Positions 39,152 through 50,377 of a stretch of DNA of 64,000 nt are shown piece after piece. Numbering within the stretch: position 1 is the first letter of the stretch; every line of letters begins with the position of its first letter. This DNA comes from Orbicella franksi (lineage: Eukaryota): positions 1,240,001-1,304,000 of the forward strand of contig OZ116702.1 in NCBI GenBank assembly GCA_964199315.1. The letters run 5' to 3'. The position numbers and the translations under genes were made by a program. The notes beneath the pieces are model-generated. The model made no database searches, was not told the DNA's origin, and saw only the letters and a program-made list of their open reading frames with translations.

Positions 39152-41011
39152 GGGACCGTTCATTTTTTATGAGGGAGGGGGAGCTGGTGGGATTTGGGAA
39201 GCACCATTTAAAAATTGCATGACCCCCCCCCCCCCCTCAGCTTACCAATTTTTTCACATGGCCCCCCCTTATAGCGGTCATTTTTTGGGATGACCCCCCC
39301 AAAAAAATTGAACAAAAAATATTTAGATTTCAACTTTTTTAATATTTCTCTATTATCCCCCTACTTCACGTTATTGTGCTCACCATGAAGACAATATTTA
39401 CAATCCCTATACTACAGAGAGCTGTTGATTAAAAAAAACAAATCAAAAGAAAGAGAAGTCAATTTCGGATCTCCTAGTTATGGCTCGCCCTGAGCGTGTG
39501 GCATTTGGCCTCTCATTGGCATCTTCCTCATCTGAATTGACGAATGCAAGAATGACGTCACTTGAGTCATCTTCTCCCCCAGAGTCAATGGCATCACTGT
39601 CATACTCATCGTTGTCACTTTCATTCGTTTCACTGCTGTCAGCACTTGCCCTGTTGTCATTTTGTGTCAATGTCCTGGCAATTCTCAGTGTTGGTTGGCC
39701 AGCTCTGAGAGGACTCTTCTGCTGCAAGCATGAATGTCTTACAATTGCCTTTACTTTCTCACTCTTGCTGCTTTTCCAATGCGCAAAATTCCAAAATGCG
39801 CAATCATGGCGAAAGCGACGAGTCGTTTAAGAAAAGGTTTACAGCTGAACGATCCAGGCAGTTTGACATCTTACAAGCAAAAGAAGCAATCTTTCTAAGT
39901 GCGAATGGCTGTTCAGAAAGGGCGAGTGAGTTTTCCATACCAGGGTACCAGTTGAAGCCCGGTGATAGAAGAAAACTGAACTTCTCCATCAAAGAGCACA
40001 GAGTAACGGTGGAAAAGTTGAATGTCATATTGAAAGATGTAAAGAAACACGATTCCACACTCTTTCAGTCCAATGGGCTTGCTTCAAAGCAGGGCGAAGA
40101 ATTTGCCCACAGTTTTAATGTAAAACAGATCAAATGTATAGAAGCTAAGTTGACGAAGGTCACGCAGGACATGGAAGCACTAGAAACTAAGAAGAGCAAT
40201 TATAACAGCATATTCAAGGGCATACTCAAACAGCACATCAACAAAAGGAGAAGGAAAAAAGAAAACCGCAGAAAGTCAAATGAAAGAAAGAGGAAGCGGA
40301 CTGAAAACAACGTCCAACGAGTTTATGGAATCTGTGTTGGAAACCCGCTAGGAAATGATCTTCCACAATGCCTTGAGTACCCTCCTAAAACAGCCGTCCC
40401 GGAAGAGTGTATTAAAGTTGAGGATGTTGCCACGTCGTTATTTAGAAGAGATGGGCCATACATCGCACAGCTCTTGGAAGGGAATTATTTCACCAATGCT
40501 GCAAGAAGCAGAATCACCACAAACCTTGAGCAGGAAGTCAGAGATTATGTTTACACCTTCGTGTACCCTGAAGAGTACACTCTGACGGAAAGCATTGCTG
40601 CTTCTTGCAACATTGGTGAAAGAGACTCCCATAGCAGCACAAGCGGCGACGAAGAACTCGACGATACCGAAGATGAAGATGAGTGCCAGTGAAAGTTGTA
40701 TTCGAAAATAACAGTGTTAAATACTTCTTTTCGGTAGCTACAAATGTTTTTTGTCGCCAAACGTTTTTTTAAAGCAAAAGGAAAGTTTGTAATAAATTTG
40801 TATCCTGCCTCCTATGTTTATTCTATAGCAATTTTTTTGATATTCAAACATTATACCATTTTAAAGTTTTACTAAAATATTTCACGTGACCCCCCCTTTT
40901 TCCCTTATTTTTTGGGGATGGCCCCCCCTCTAAAGCCATTTTTTTCGCATGCCCCCCCCCCAAATCCCACCAGCCCCCCCCCCCCTACCTTATAAAAAAC
41001 TGAACGGTCCC
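39152..41011. mobile_element. Non-autonomous TIR DNA transposon, PIF/Harbinger-like, 1860 bp, with cargo ORFs
   Basis: About 48-bp TIRs GGGACCGTTCA(G)TTTTTTAT..GG.AGGGGG..GCTGGTGGGATTTGGG at both ends; identical TAA on both flanks (39149-39151, 41012-41014), consistent with a TWA target-site duplication. No DDE transposase is recognisable. The superfamily is inferred only from the TSD and terminus. Confidence 0.7.
39730..40692 (+). CDS. Uncharacterised 320-aa ORF inside the TIR element (coiled-coil-like segment, basic NLS-like tract, acidic tail)
   Basis: Uninterrupted 963-nt ORF containing KRRRKKENRRKSNERKRKR and a C-terminal DEELDDTEDEDE; no family recognised. Confidence 0.5.
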   Translation: MNVLQLPLLSHSCCFSNAQNSKMRNHGESDESFKKRFTAERSRQFDILQAKEAIFLSANGCSERASEFSIPGYQLKPGDRRKLNFSIKEHRVTVEKLNVILKDVKKHDSTLFQSNGLASKQGEEFAHSFNVKQIKCIEAKLTKVTQDMEALETKKSNYNSIFKGILKQHINKRRRKKENRRKSNERKRKRTENNVQRVYGICVGNPLGNDLPQCLEYPPKTAVPEECIKVEDVATSLFRRDGPYIAQLLEGNYFTNAARSRITTNLEQEVRDYVYTFVYPEEYTLTESIAASCNIGERDSHSSTSGDEELDDTEDEDECQ

Positions 41012-42957
41012 TAAAGACAGAAATCCTGATAGGAATTATGCATCTGCATAGTTAATACGACTTCGTAATGAGTAAACGACAGCCACATCTACATCTACAT
41101 GAGTTAAGTCGGTGAAAACCTTAAGACATCACACCGACTAAGGGGGACAAAAGGGACTATATAGTTAAGTGCATTGTGAATGACGAGCTAAAAGCTTAGC
41201 GAGACACATCTCAATTTTACAATGGAGGCATATGGCAATGGACGCATAATTCAGTCGTCTGGACGGATTAGTCGTCTTAAGAACAACATAAAGGAAACGG
41301 CAGTAGCTGAATCTAATAACTTTAAAAGCCTCCCTAACAAATAAACAATGACAATTTAGTTGTTTTGGGCGCGAGTTCGATCAATCTGCTGCTTGCTTGT
41401 GGTGTTGTTACCTCCAGCAGTCTCTGTCAACAGGATCGACCGGCAACGGTAAGATTGACAAATCACACGGGAAATTGATAGCCGTGAGAGTTTGCAGTGG
41501 ACCTCAATAGCTACCGGCTGTACCTCAACAACTACATTACACCTTAATGAATAGCTCCCTCTATGAGAAGTGCCTGCAGGGAATCATGGGATCCCTCTAT
41601 GAGACGCGCCTGTTGGTAATCATGATAGCTGTATTGATGACTCTTGATTCCCTGCAGGCGCATATCATTGGGAGAATTGGCCATACAATACACTCACTTA
41701 CTAAATCAGCTGAGGATTTTTAGCCTATGAGTAGAACAGGGGACAGAGAGATACACTAAAGTTAGTAATAAGATGAAAAACGTCGTACCATATATTGATT
41801 AACACAACAATGTCATGATAGCTATGAAGTGATTACTACATTTCTAAACCGGTCTGCAAACGAACTCAACAGTGCGAGACAATGCGCCCGTTTTACTTGC
41901 ACGTAATTGCTTATTTGGCTGGCACGTCGTTAGATATATTTTGGTATTGAGTACGGCCGTGCTAGACATAAATCCATTCGGATGGAATAATATCTACTGT
42001 TTTAGACACTTTCAGCGGACGAAATGTGAAATACTGCATTTCTTGTCGCGAGAGTCGTGAGGTCAGTGTGTTGCTAATTCGACTGACAATCATTAGCAAA
42101 CTCCTCTTTTGTTGTGAGGACTTTTACCTCCAAACAGTCCAAACATAATCCCAGACCAAATTTTCATTGTGATCACGGTATCTTTTCGACTCGAGTGCAT
42201 TTTAGCCAAAAAAAAAGTGACATAAAAAACTACATAATTTGCGCTTTGTTTAGACTTATGATTCATGTAGCTTTTCGTTTCAGACTCATCTGAATCACGA
42301 GCAAGCTTTGTTTGACGATAGAATTCTCATTAGCCTCTGTTAGCATGAACTGTCTCTGTTTAAGCCAGCATAACAATAATAATTCATTGCATTAAGACTC
42401 ACTGAACAATACCCATGAAAACCTTTTGATGCGAATCAAAGCAAAAGAGTTTTAAATTACTTTCAAAGTAATTTAAGTTCCCAAGCAACAGACTGTTTAC
42501 TTTTTCCTCACAACAGCTTGGTTGGTTTTTTTTCTAGGTTTCTCTTCTGTGTCACTATGTTAAAAATACTGTCGTCTTCAAACTTTTCCTCGGAGACTTG
42601 CGAGCTGTCACAATTAACGTACATATTTTACACACCTCAATAAACATGCAAATTGCCTTTCTCGGCTTTCATCATTTTAGGGACAACACTTTGGTTACCT
42701 GGGCAGTGGTGCATAAAGATAAATTTCTTGCATAATTATTATGACGGGCTTACAATTATTAATACATGTAAGAAGAAAGCTTCATGAAGCACGATTGTAA
42801 TCCAATACGAAAAATCAGGTAACATCACGATAACTGGCTTCTGTCTGGTAAGTACAGTACATCTGTTCTAGCCAGCCAACTGTTGCTACCCGGCATCACA
42901 TGTATTCTTTAATAATTATAAGATAATTGTGCTGCCTTTCACAGAGATCGATTAAAC

Positions 42958-45900
42958 ATGGAGAACGAAGAAGAAATGAGAAAAGCAGTTTCCCTACAAG
43001 AGCTGGAGAAGGCAAGAGACAGAAAAAGAAAGAGAGACAAAATTCAGCAGTCGAGCTATTTCAAGTGTTTTTACGAGGCCGATTACCTAGTTTTCAAAGG
43101 ATTCTGCTTCTTCTTGTATGGAGCGTATGGCGGCTTTATCCCATATCTGCCTCTGTATTTTAAACAGCTGTTCTTAGGTGCTAGCTATGCAGGGATAATA
43201 GTTGGCATTCGACCACTCATTCAGTGTATTGGAGCGCCATTTTGGGGCGTTATAGCTGATCGCTATCACGCAGGAAGAATCATATTTCTGGGAAGTGTTA
43301 TTGCATGGATTGTGAAGGCTTTTGTTATCCTGGCGGTGCGGCCTCACGACCAACATTGCATTGAAATGTATAGTAACAAAACTGCAAATGTGAGTTATGT
43401 CTATGCTTACGATCTTTGGACAGAGACCAAACAAGAGGAGAAATGGGTTGTTCTTCCACTGGATAACCCCATCATTATCGAGAAAAATAAAATTGCTGTT
43501 GTCGAGGAGCACGAAATCAAGCATGCGCCTGATGAGTCTCTCCCCAAGGAGGTATTAGAAAATAGCGGACCTCTTGATCAAAAGGGCAAGACCAAAAAAG
43601 GACGAAGAACGTACAAGCACCAAGCCTACCCTGAAAAGGAAGTTTTAGACGAAAAAATGCCAAGCAAGATGTCGAGGAGGAGCGAGCAATTAGCTAGACG
43701 TGTGATGAATAAAACAAAAGCTGACGACGATGTGCTCTATGAGTCAGAGGTAAAAATTGATCTAAATGAGAACAAACAAAATGAAGCATTAAGCTCAAAA
43801 ATAACACATGTGGTGGAAGTTTACAAGGAGGAGCTAAACGCATCAGTAACATTCATGACTAACATTGACACAAAAGAAGTTGACTTCATGTTTGTGTTGT
43901 TTATGATTATTATCATTGTGGGAGAATTTCTTGAGTCTCCAACCTATGCGCTGTCAGACGCGTCTCTTCTAAAGCGACTGGGTGACGATAGAGAGTACTA
44001 TGGGAGAATCCGCATGTGGGGCTCACTTGGCTGGGCTGTGGCATCAGCTATGGTCGGACTGCTTATTAACTATTCTACCTTCAAACTTTGTCAAGTGGTC
44101 CAAAACAATTACATCATTGCCTTTTACGTTTTCGTGGGTTTTGTAGCTGCCGCCTTCGCAAACAGCTTGTGGTTTCGCTTCAGTTACGATGACGAAAAAA
44201 AGTTCGAAGATATTGGAAAAGTTGCTCCGATGCTTCTTAGCCTTCGCCATACTTCATTTCTTTTGGCGACGTTGTATACTGGTTTTTGTTATGGAATCCT
44301 GGTTCATTTTGTCAACTGGTACATCGATGATATTGGAGGCTCGAGTGCAATTATGGGTGCTGCCGGCGCCGCAAGAGAGATATCAGCTTTAATTATGTTC
44401 GCAATGAGTGCTACAACTCTTCAAGCTCTTGGCAATGTGAACAGCATGGTACTCTGTCTATTGGTTTACATTATCTGCTTTATTTGTTACTCTATTCTTG
44501 ACGATCCATGGGTTGCAGTAGCTCTAGAGGTGCTGGATGGAGGCACGTATGGCCTGGTATGGTCCACCTGCGTTAATTACATGAGCGCTGTCGGATCTAG
44601 CTTGGGAGTTATAGAAACCACCCAAGGTAAGACGCAACCAGCTGCTAGTTAATATACGACTAGTACATTATAAAATATGGGAATGAGCTGGAGAAAATAT
44701 AACTGCAGTAATTTCCTTTGAAGGCTACGTACAAATTATTGCCTGTACTGGTTCCTTACTTAGTTTTTGAAATTTGAAATGCAGGAGACGCGAAATTTCA
44801 GCGTTAATTCAAAATTTCACATATGAAATTACAAAATTGCCATGACAACGTTTGGCGCGAAATTTCTCGATACACTAAAATAGTCAAAAACTTGAGGTCT
44901 GTTTAGTACCCTCGGTGGAGTAGGGGGTCACTTGTTCCATGCTTGGGTATGGGGTGCCGCTCAAGGATTAAATTGCCGCTGACCCAGTTCAGAACAAAAC
45001 TTGCCTAACATCAACACCCAGTGGAGGACAACACCCTTTACAGAACACAGTTTGGGACAAGAAGCTAAACATGCACTCTCCTGGTTTGCACGAATTTGAA
45101 GAGTTTTATTGATCCTCTCTCGGGGCGATTGCGGTAGACCAATAGGTCTTATTCGTATTCCCGGTATTGGACTGGAACTAGCTTGCAACTGAGGCTAATG
45201 CGGGGAGTCTTTTCAATTGCAAATGACATCAATCTCTTTTTAATGATATTCCCCCGCATGAGCCTCCATTTCAAGCTAGTTCCAGTCCAATACCGAGAAT
45301 ACAAATATGGCCTATTTTGATATATTAAAATTCAGGCAAAACAATAGACCTCAGTACGAGGCTATGGGGAATAACTACAGAGTTTGTGGGGTTTACTCCC
45401 CAGAGCCTCGTGCTGAAGTCTATTGTGTAAGGCTGAATTTTAATATATCGAAATTGGTCTATTACAAAAATCATTTTGGATGGTTCTAAAAACAGTTCTT
45501 TCGTCTATATACTTTTCCTCCACAAAATGTAATCCAGCGTCCAGACGTCTAAGTTACATAGTTTCGCAAAATTCAATATTTCGTCATGATACCCGGGGTA
45601 ATGGCAGTATTACAGGTTATGCACTTCTACAGAGAAAACAATCCGAAACAAACTCCTTGTTTTGTTTTTGATTGTAATCCCACCAAACCTTAACCATCAA
45701 TCGTTGTTTCTTTTTGAAGTTAACGCGCTGATGTTCTTTGTAATAGTAAAGTTTATTTCTTAGGACCTTTCAATTAACAAATGGTAAACGCCATAGCGTG
45801 CACTATTGAATTATGGATGCACGCGGGAGGTTGCTAAGCACGAAAGAAGCGTAAGAGTCGCACGAGGCGATAGCCGAGTGCGACTCTAGCTTCTTGAGTG

Positions 45901-46677
45901 CTTAGCAAACCTCCCAAGTGCATCCATAACTCAATAGTGCACGCTATGGGGTTTACCATTTGTTTTATAACATAACATTGAGACATTGGAACAACAGAAG
46001 TCCTTTTACTGAGCTACATCACAAAAAAATGTTCGTGTAGTCTTACATGACAAGAGAAAACAAGCGCGCGAAACTTCATTCATGACAACCGACTGCACAC
46101 CAGTAACTCGATAAAGTTTCATCTTCAGACAACTGTGAAGACAGTTTCGCATTTCTGGCAGAAGAACGTCGGCCATTACTTTGGAAACAATGTCTGTCAA
46201 AAGATTTGCTTTGTAAACATTAGCACACACGTCAGCAGCGTACACCCATGGGCAAATAGTAGACGCTAAATTAACCAATCAGAGCGCGCTCTTTGCCTTA
46301 GTTATGTTATAAAAGTGCATATCTGTCACTGTCTTAACGTGGGGACACAGCTTCTTTGAGATGAGATGATTTCTGTAATGTTTGTTTGGTTTGCAGGAAT
46401 TCTTCAAGGAGTATTCTGGGGACTGGGTAACGGTGGCGGAACTATGATGAGTGGTGTTTTGATTGAAATGTTCGGCCTCACAAACACTTTTCGCGCATTT
46501 GCAATAGGTGGGGCAGCGGTATTAGCGATCCTACTACTCGCACAATACACAGCGAGCTGTCTAGAGCACCGGCGAAAGGAAAGGCCAGATTATGAACTTT
46601 TATCTGATAGTGAAGAATCAAAGAGTGAAGAACCGAAAGAAGTTTTGGACGAGAAGCCAACATCAAAGACTACATAA
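42958..46677 (+). CDS. MFSD6-like MFS transporter, paralog 4 (exons 42958-44626 and 46397-46677; about 649 aa)
   Basis: FKGFCFFLYGAYGGFIPYLPLYFKQL, RPLIQCIGAPFWGVIADRY, GEFLESPTYALSDASLL, YGRIRMWGSLG; junction TTQG|ILQGVFWGLG with donor CAAG|gtaaga and acceptor tttgcag|GA; 1950 nt, in frame. Confidence 0.9.
45141..45463. mobile_element. Stack of short fold-back MITEs with AATAG termini in the intron of MFS paralog 4
   Basis: Inverted pairs GTATTCCCGGTATTGGACTGGAACTAGCTTG (45155) / CAAGCTAGTTCCAGTCCAATACCGAGAATAC (to 45302); CAATAGACCTCAGTACGAGGCT / AGCCTCGTGCTGAAGTCTATTG (about 45340-45425); GATATATTAAAATTCAG / CTGAATTTTAATATATC. Confidence 0.7.
45777..45963. repeat. Long palindrome (element extends to about 46315)
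   Basis: ACAAATGGTAAAC.CCATAGCGTGCACTATTGA.TTATGGATGCAC.. versus ..GTGCATCCATAACTCAATAGTGCACGCTATGGGGTTTACCATTTGT; loop GAGGCGATAGCCGA; TTTTATAACATAAC/GTTATGTTATAAAA inverted pair; CCAATCAG at 46275. Confidence 0.85.
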
Positions 46678-47368
46678 AATCACTAAATCAAATGAACACA
46701 CCTATGTAACAACAGCAACTTGCGTCCGTTTTTGTCCGAAACCATAAAAAAGTTATTATTTTTTTTAATTTTTTCTATCAGGAAATCGCGTCAAGATGAT
46801 GATGTATGTGCGTGTGCGCATATGATTGTGGTGGGGAGGGGACGGGAAAGAAGAGAGGGAAAGGAAGGGTCGGTGGGAGGGGATGTACGTCAGTTTTGGG
46901 AGTCTAAAGAACCACATTTGTTTTTGTTAACGTTTTTAGACGTTGCAAAACATTCTTTCTTCATTTGCATAGTATGTTTTAAAAGGTTTTATTACTAGAC
47001 AAGAAATCATTTCAATTGGGAGCACAACTCTGATTAAAAGCCGTGAGAACATGAATTAGTGTTTATCGCTGTTTATTTGGTGAGCCCATCGAACATACAA
47101 CTGATCACTGATCGTTAGGAGTAGCAGAGAAAATGTACATGGGGGTTACAAGATGAAAATAACACACCGCGTTTTACATACTAGTGTTATAGAAGGGACT
47201 AGATGGGTGTGTGTTGTCAGTCATCAATTGAATTTTCACAGGAGCCATAATCGGGGACGTCTCCGTCCCCGATTATGGCTACTGATTTTCAGCGATGTTT
47301 CAGCTATTAGTTAAAAATACAGCCCATTTAACAGCTAGAAGCAAACTGATTACATCTCAGATCTCAGT

Positions 47369-47820
47369 TATACCGTATTTACTCGAATAAGTACCGCCCC
47401 GAATAAGCATCCTCCTCTAATAAGCGCCGCATTCAGGACAGAAAAGTTAAAAAGCGCCGAGGTCCCGATGCGGCGCTTATTCGAGGAATTCCGTATAACT
47501 AAAAAATCACTACAAAGCAACTCCAAAGCAGCATTGGAAATTTCTTTTCCATCAAAGCGATGCTAGTCTAGTCCGTTCAAAGTGATTATTCTCTGTCCAG
47601 AATTCTTACAATACGTAGATCTGGCGCTCAGCCTGCCAGCACAGCAAGACCAACTTCTCTTTTCTTTTTCCCAGTTGTTTTCAGCGTTCGCTTCCAGAAA
47701 GTTTTTCAAAAAGCGCGAAAGTTCAACCGGAACATGACCAGCAAGCAATAAGCGCCGCCCTCAAGTGAGCGCAGCATTCGAGGAGCTAAAAAATTTTTTG
47801 GGCGCGGTCTCTTTTGTCCT
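47369..47820. mobile_element. pogo/Tc1-like non-autonomous element fragment
   Basis: Starts TA|CCGTATTTACTCGAATAAG, has an inverted CTTATTCGAGGAATTCCGTA at about 47477-47497, and repeats of AATAAGCGCCGC. Confidence 0.45.
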
Positions 47821-48376
47821 AAGAACGCAGAAAGCGATATTTGAGAGCCGATCTGCGAAAATCGTATTTGTTTTGTTCTTTCCCGCAGTTTCTGTATCCT
47901 ACCACCCGGATTATAGAGCAAAAGGGAGACTGCGCACTATGCTAAAAGTATCGTTATAGTGTAGAGAACACATCAACGCAATAGTAAAGCATTGGTAAAG
48001 AGGTGTACCGCAATTGGAACTTTAACATCAGCCAGGCACTGACACGAGCGCGAAACGTGGCAGTGACGGCGGAAAGCGAGTTTTTCCTCGCACTCTGCAC
48101 CCGCCCTTCTGGCCACTCGCGCTCTGGCCTGCTAAATCGCCGATATTGGCCTCATTGGCATAAGCGATTTAGTTTATTATCGTGCTGCAGAAATATTAAT
48201 TCTGAATATTGAAAGGGTATAGCACAATTAACTGTCTCGATGAATTTGAGCCCGATGTATTAAATACTTTTTAGGCGAGGAGGATTTAAAACATTCTAAA
48301 TTTATTATCTCCTTCAATACGAAGAGCTGAAAATTTGATCACGCATGAAGTTTACAACTGGAAGACAATTTGTATC

Positions 48377-48760
48377 TAAGGCCTCGTCCACACTATGCCG
48401 GAGGAATTTGAAAAAGAAGGTTTCACTCTGAAAACGCATCCAATGCTGGTTTTCCGGTCCGTCCACACTACGCCGGAGGAATTTAAAAATGCAACAATCA
48501 CCGGCCATTTAATTTTGGATTTGTGTTTGAGGAAAACTCGATCAGGGAATTTACATGATTATCGTGGCGTCATCTTTTACGAAAATCTCCGTTTCCAAAA
48601 TGTTTTCCATCCGCACGAAAACGAAAAGCCGGCGTTTTCAAATTCCTTCTGGTTTGAAGAGCGTTTTCGAAAGGCTCCGTTTTCGTGACAGATTAGTGTG
48701 GACGGTAGGCCTAACCGTAGAAATAAAGCTGCGTTTTCAAATTTCTCCGGCGCTGCCTAA
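48377..48760 (+). repeat. MITE-like repeat (CCACACTACGCCGGAGGAATT family), copy 2
   Basis: TAAGGCC...GCCTAA ends, internal duplicated GTCCACACTACGCCGGAGGAATTT, homologous to 24150-24458. Confidence 0.8.
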
Positions 48761-49166
48761 AATGCCTTCTCTGTGCAAAGTCGTATGCTAATGAGGCAAA
48801 ATGCAGACAAGGAGCAGCAAGGATTGCCCCCCCCCCCGGATCGTTCGGGCGCAGCGCCAAAAACTGACGGAACGCAAAAAGGAGAGATGCTTGGTGTAAG
48901 AAGCGTTCTCACCCTTAATTCTTTCGTGCGCCATTTTGCGCGCTCCCCCAACTAACTGGACACCTGGAAGAGGCCTGGAGTGCCTTATTCTACAGGCTAG
49001 TATTGAGATAAAAGATTTCAAACGCTGTAAAGGGCAGCCCGAATTTCCTTTAGAGCTCTGCGGCCATGGTTTCGTATTGCTCTGTTTATTCGAAATATTT
49101 AATCACAACAATCATTTTTAGGGATATTGAGCAATAAGCTGCATTCAGTCATTTCCGAGATGATTT

Positions 49167-49558
49167 CCCGGGGGGGTACCCCCTTATATGGGCTATATAG
49201 GTATGTGCGTCCCCAAAGGGTATAGTATTTCAGCCGTTTCGCTCATAAATAGGGTATCGATTTTGGCCACTTCGGCCTAAATAGGGTATGGGTTTTGTGC
49301 TCTAGTCTTGAATCGGGTATGTTTTTTAGAAGCTAATTTTTCATCATTATCGAGAAGACCATAAACAAGAGCCCTTCAAAAATTATATTTAAGGCAACTG
49401 TGTCAGCCCCAACGGTCACAAATAGGGTATCAAATTTTTGGTCTGGTCATAATTAGGGTAGGAAAATGGCAGATTTTGGTCATAAATAGGGTAAGGGTTT
49501 TGGGAAGCAGGTTGCACACCCCCACCAAATTTTTCAGGGAGTACCCCCCTCCCCTGGT
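49167..49558. mobile_element. MITE with CCCGGGGGGGTAC-type ends and internal AAATAGGGTA repeats
   Basis: CCCGGGGGGGTACCCC at the left end, GGGAGTACCCCCCTCCCCTGG at the right end, and five (A)ATAGGGTA/TTAGGGTA repeats inside. Confidence 0.6.
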
Positions 49559-50377
49559 GGTTGCTTGTTACCCCTTTTTAAAATGGAGTCCTGCTGTACA
49601 TCTTTTCATACGGAAACAAGTTTGATTTCCATGACAGTGAAAGTGCAAAAAAAACTCACTTCCATATGAAAGGTTGTGCACCCAGACCTGTTTTGAAACA
49701 GAGGTAACAAGAAACTTGGAAATGGGTTACTGGTACACCAGTGAAAACAAAACTGAACAGGAAATAATTTGAAATCCATGCAGTCAACAGGGACAATCTT
49801 TTTGTTAATCATGCACTTCTCCCCATCACTGCTGAGGACTGCTACCAGAACTGAGTAAGGCAAAACACTCATCTGGGGACTGGGGTCAGGATGCACAAGG
49901 TTTGTTACAGAGGGATGTTAGATGACAATCAGGGTAAATTAGGAAGAAAAGTCAACTTAGCTTTTGATTAACTTGAGGCTGATAGAGGCAAATTACCTAT
50001 AAAGGCAAATTACCTGCTGCAGTATGTTTGTGAAGCTAACATTTTGAGCATTAGCCCTCCGTCAGAGCACTTCTGACACAAGAATTACCCTTGACCATGA
50101 TAAGAACAAGGCTATGTAAAACCTCAAATTGCAACCTTTTTATTTATATACAAATATAAATACAATGCCGCAACACAATGATAGTAAAAGACATGTCTTT
50201 CAGACCTGTGTTTTCACTAATTCAATACAATGATTAGTGGAGTAACAATGGGGTCACTCCTTTAAATCAATCCATTAAAACATTTTTAGACTCAGAGCAA
50301 CTAAGAATGCTCACAAAGGTTCTACAGAAAAAAGTTTAAGTATGTTAATTTGCAGTGTGGCCAGGATCTATCCTCCA

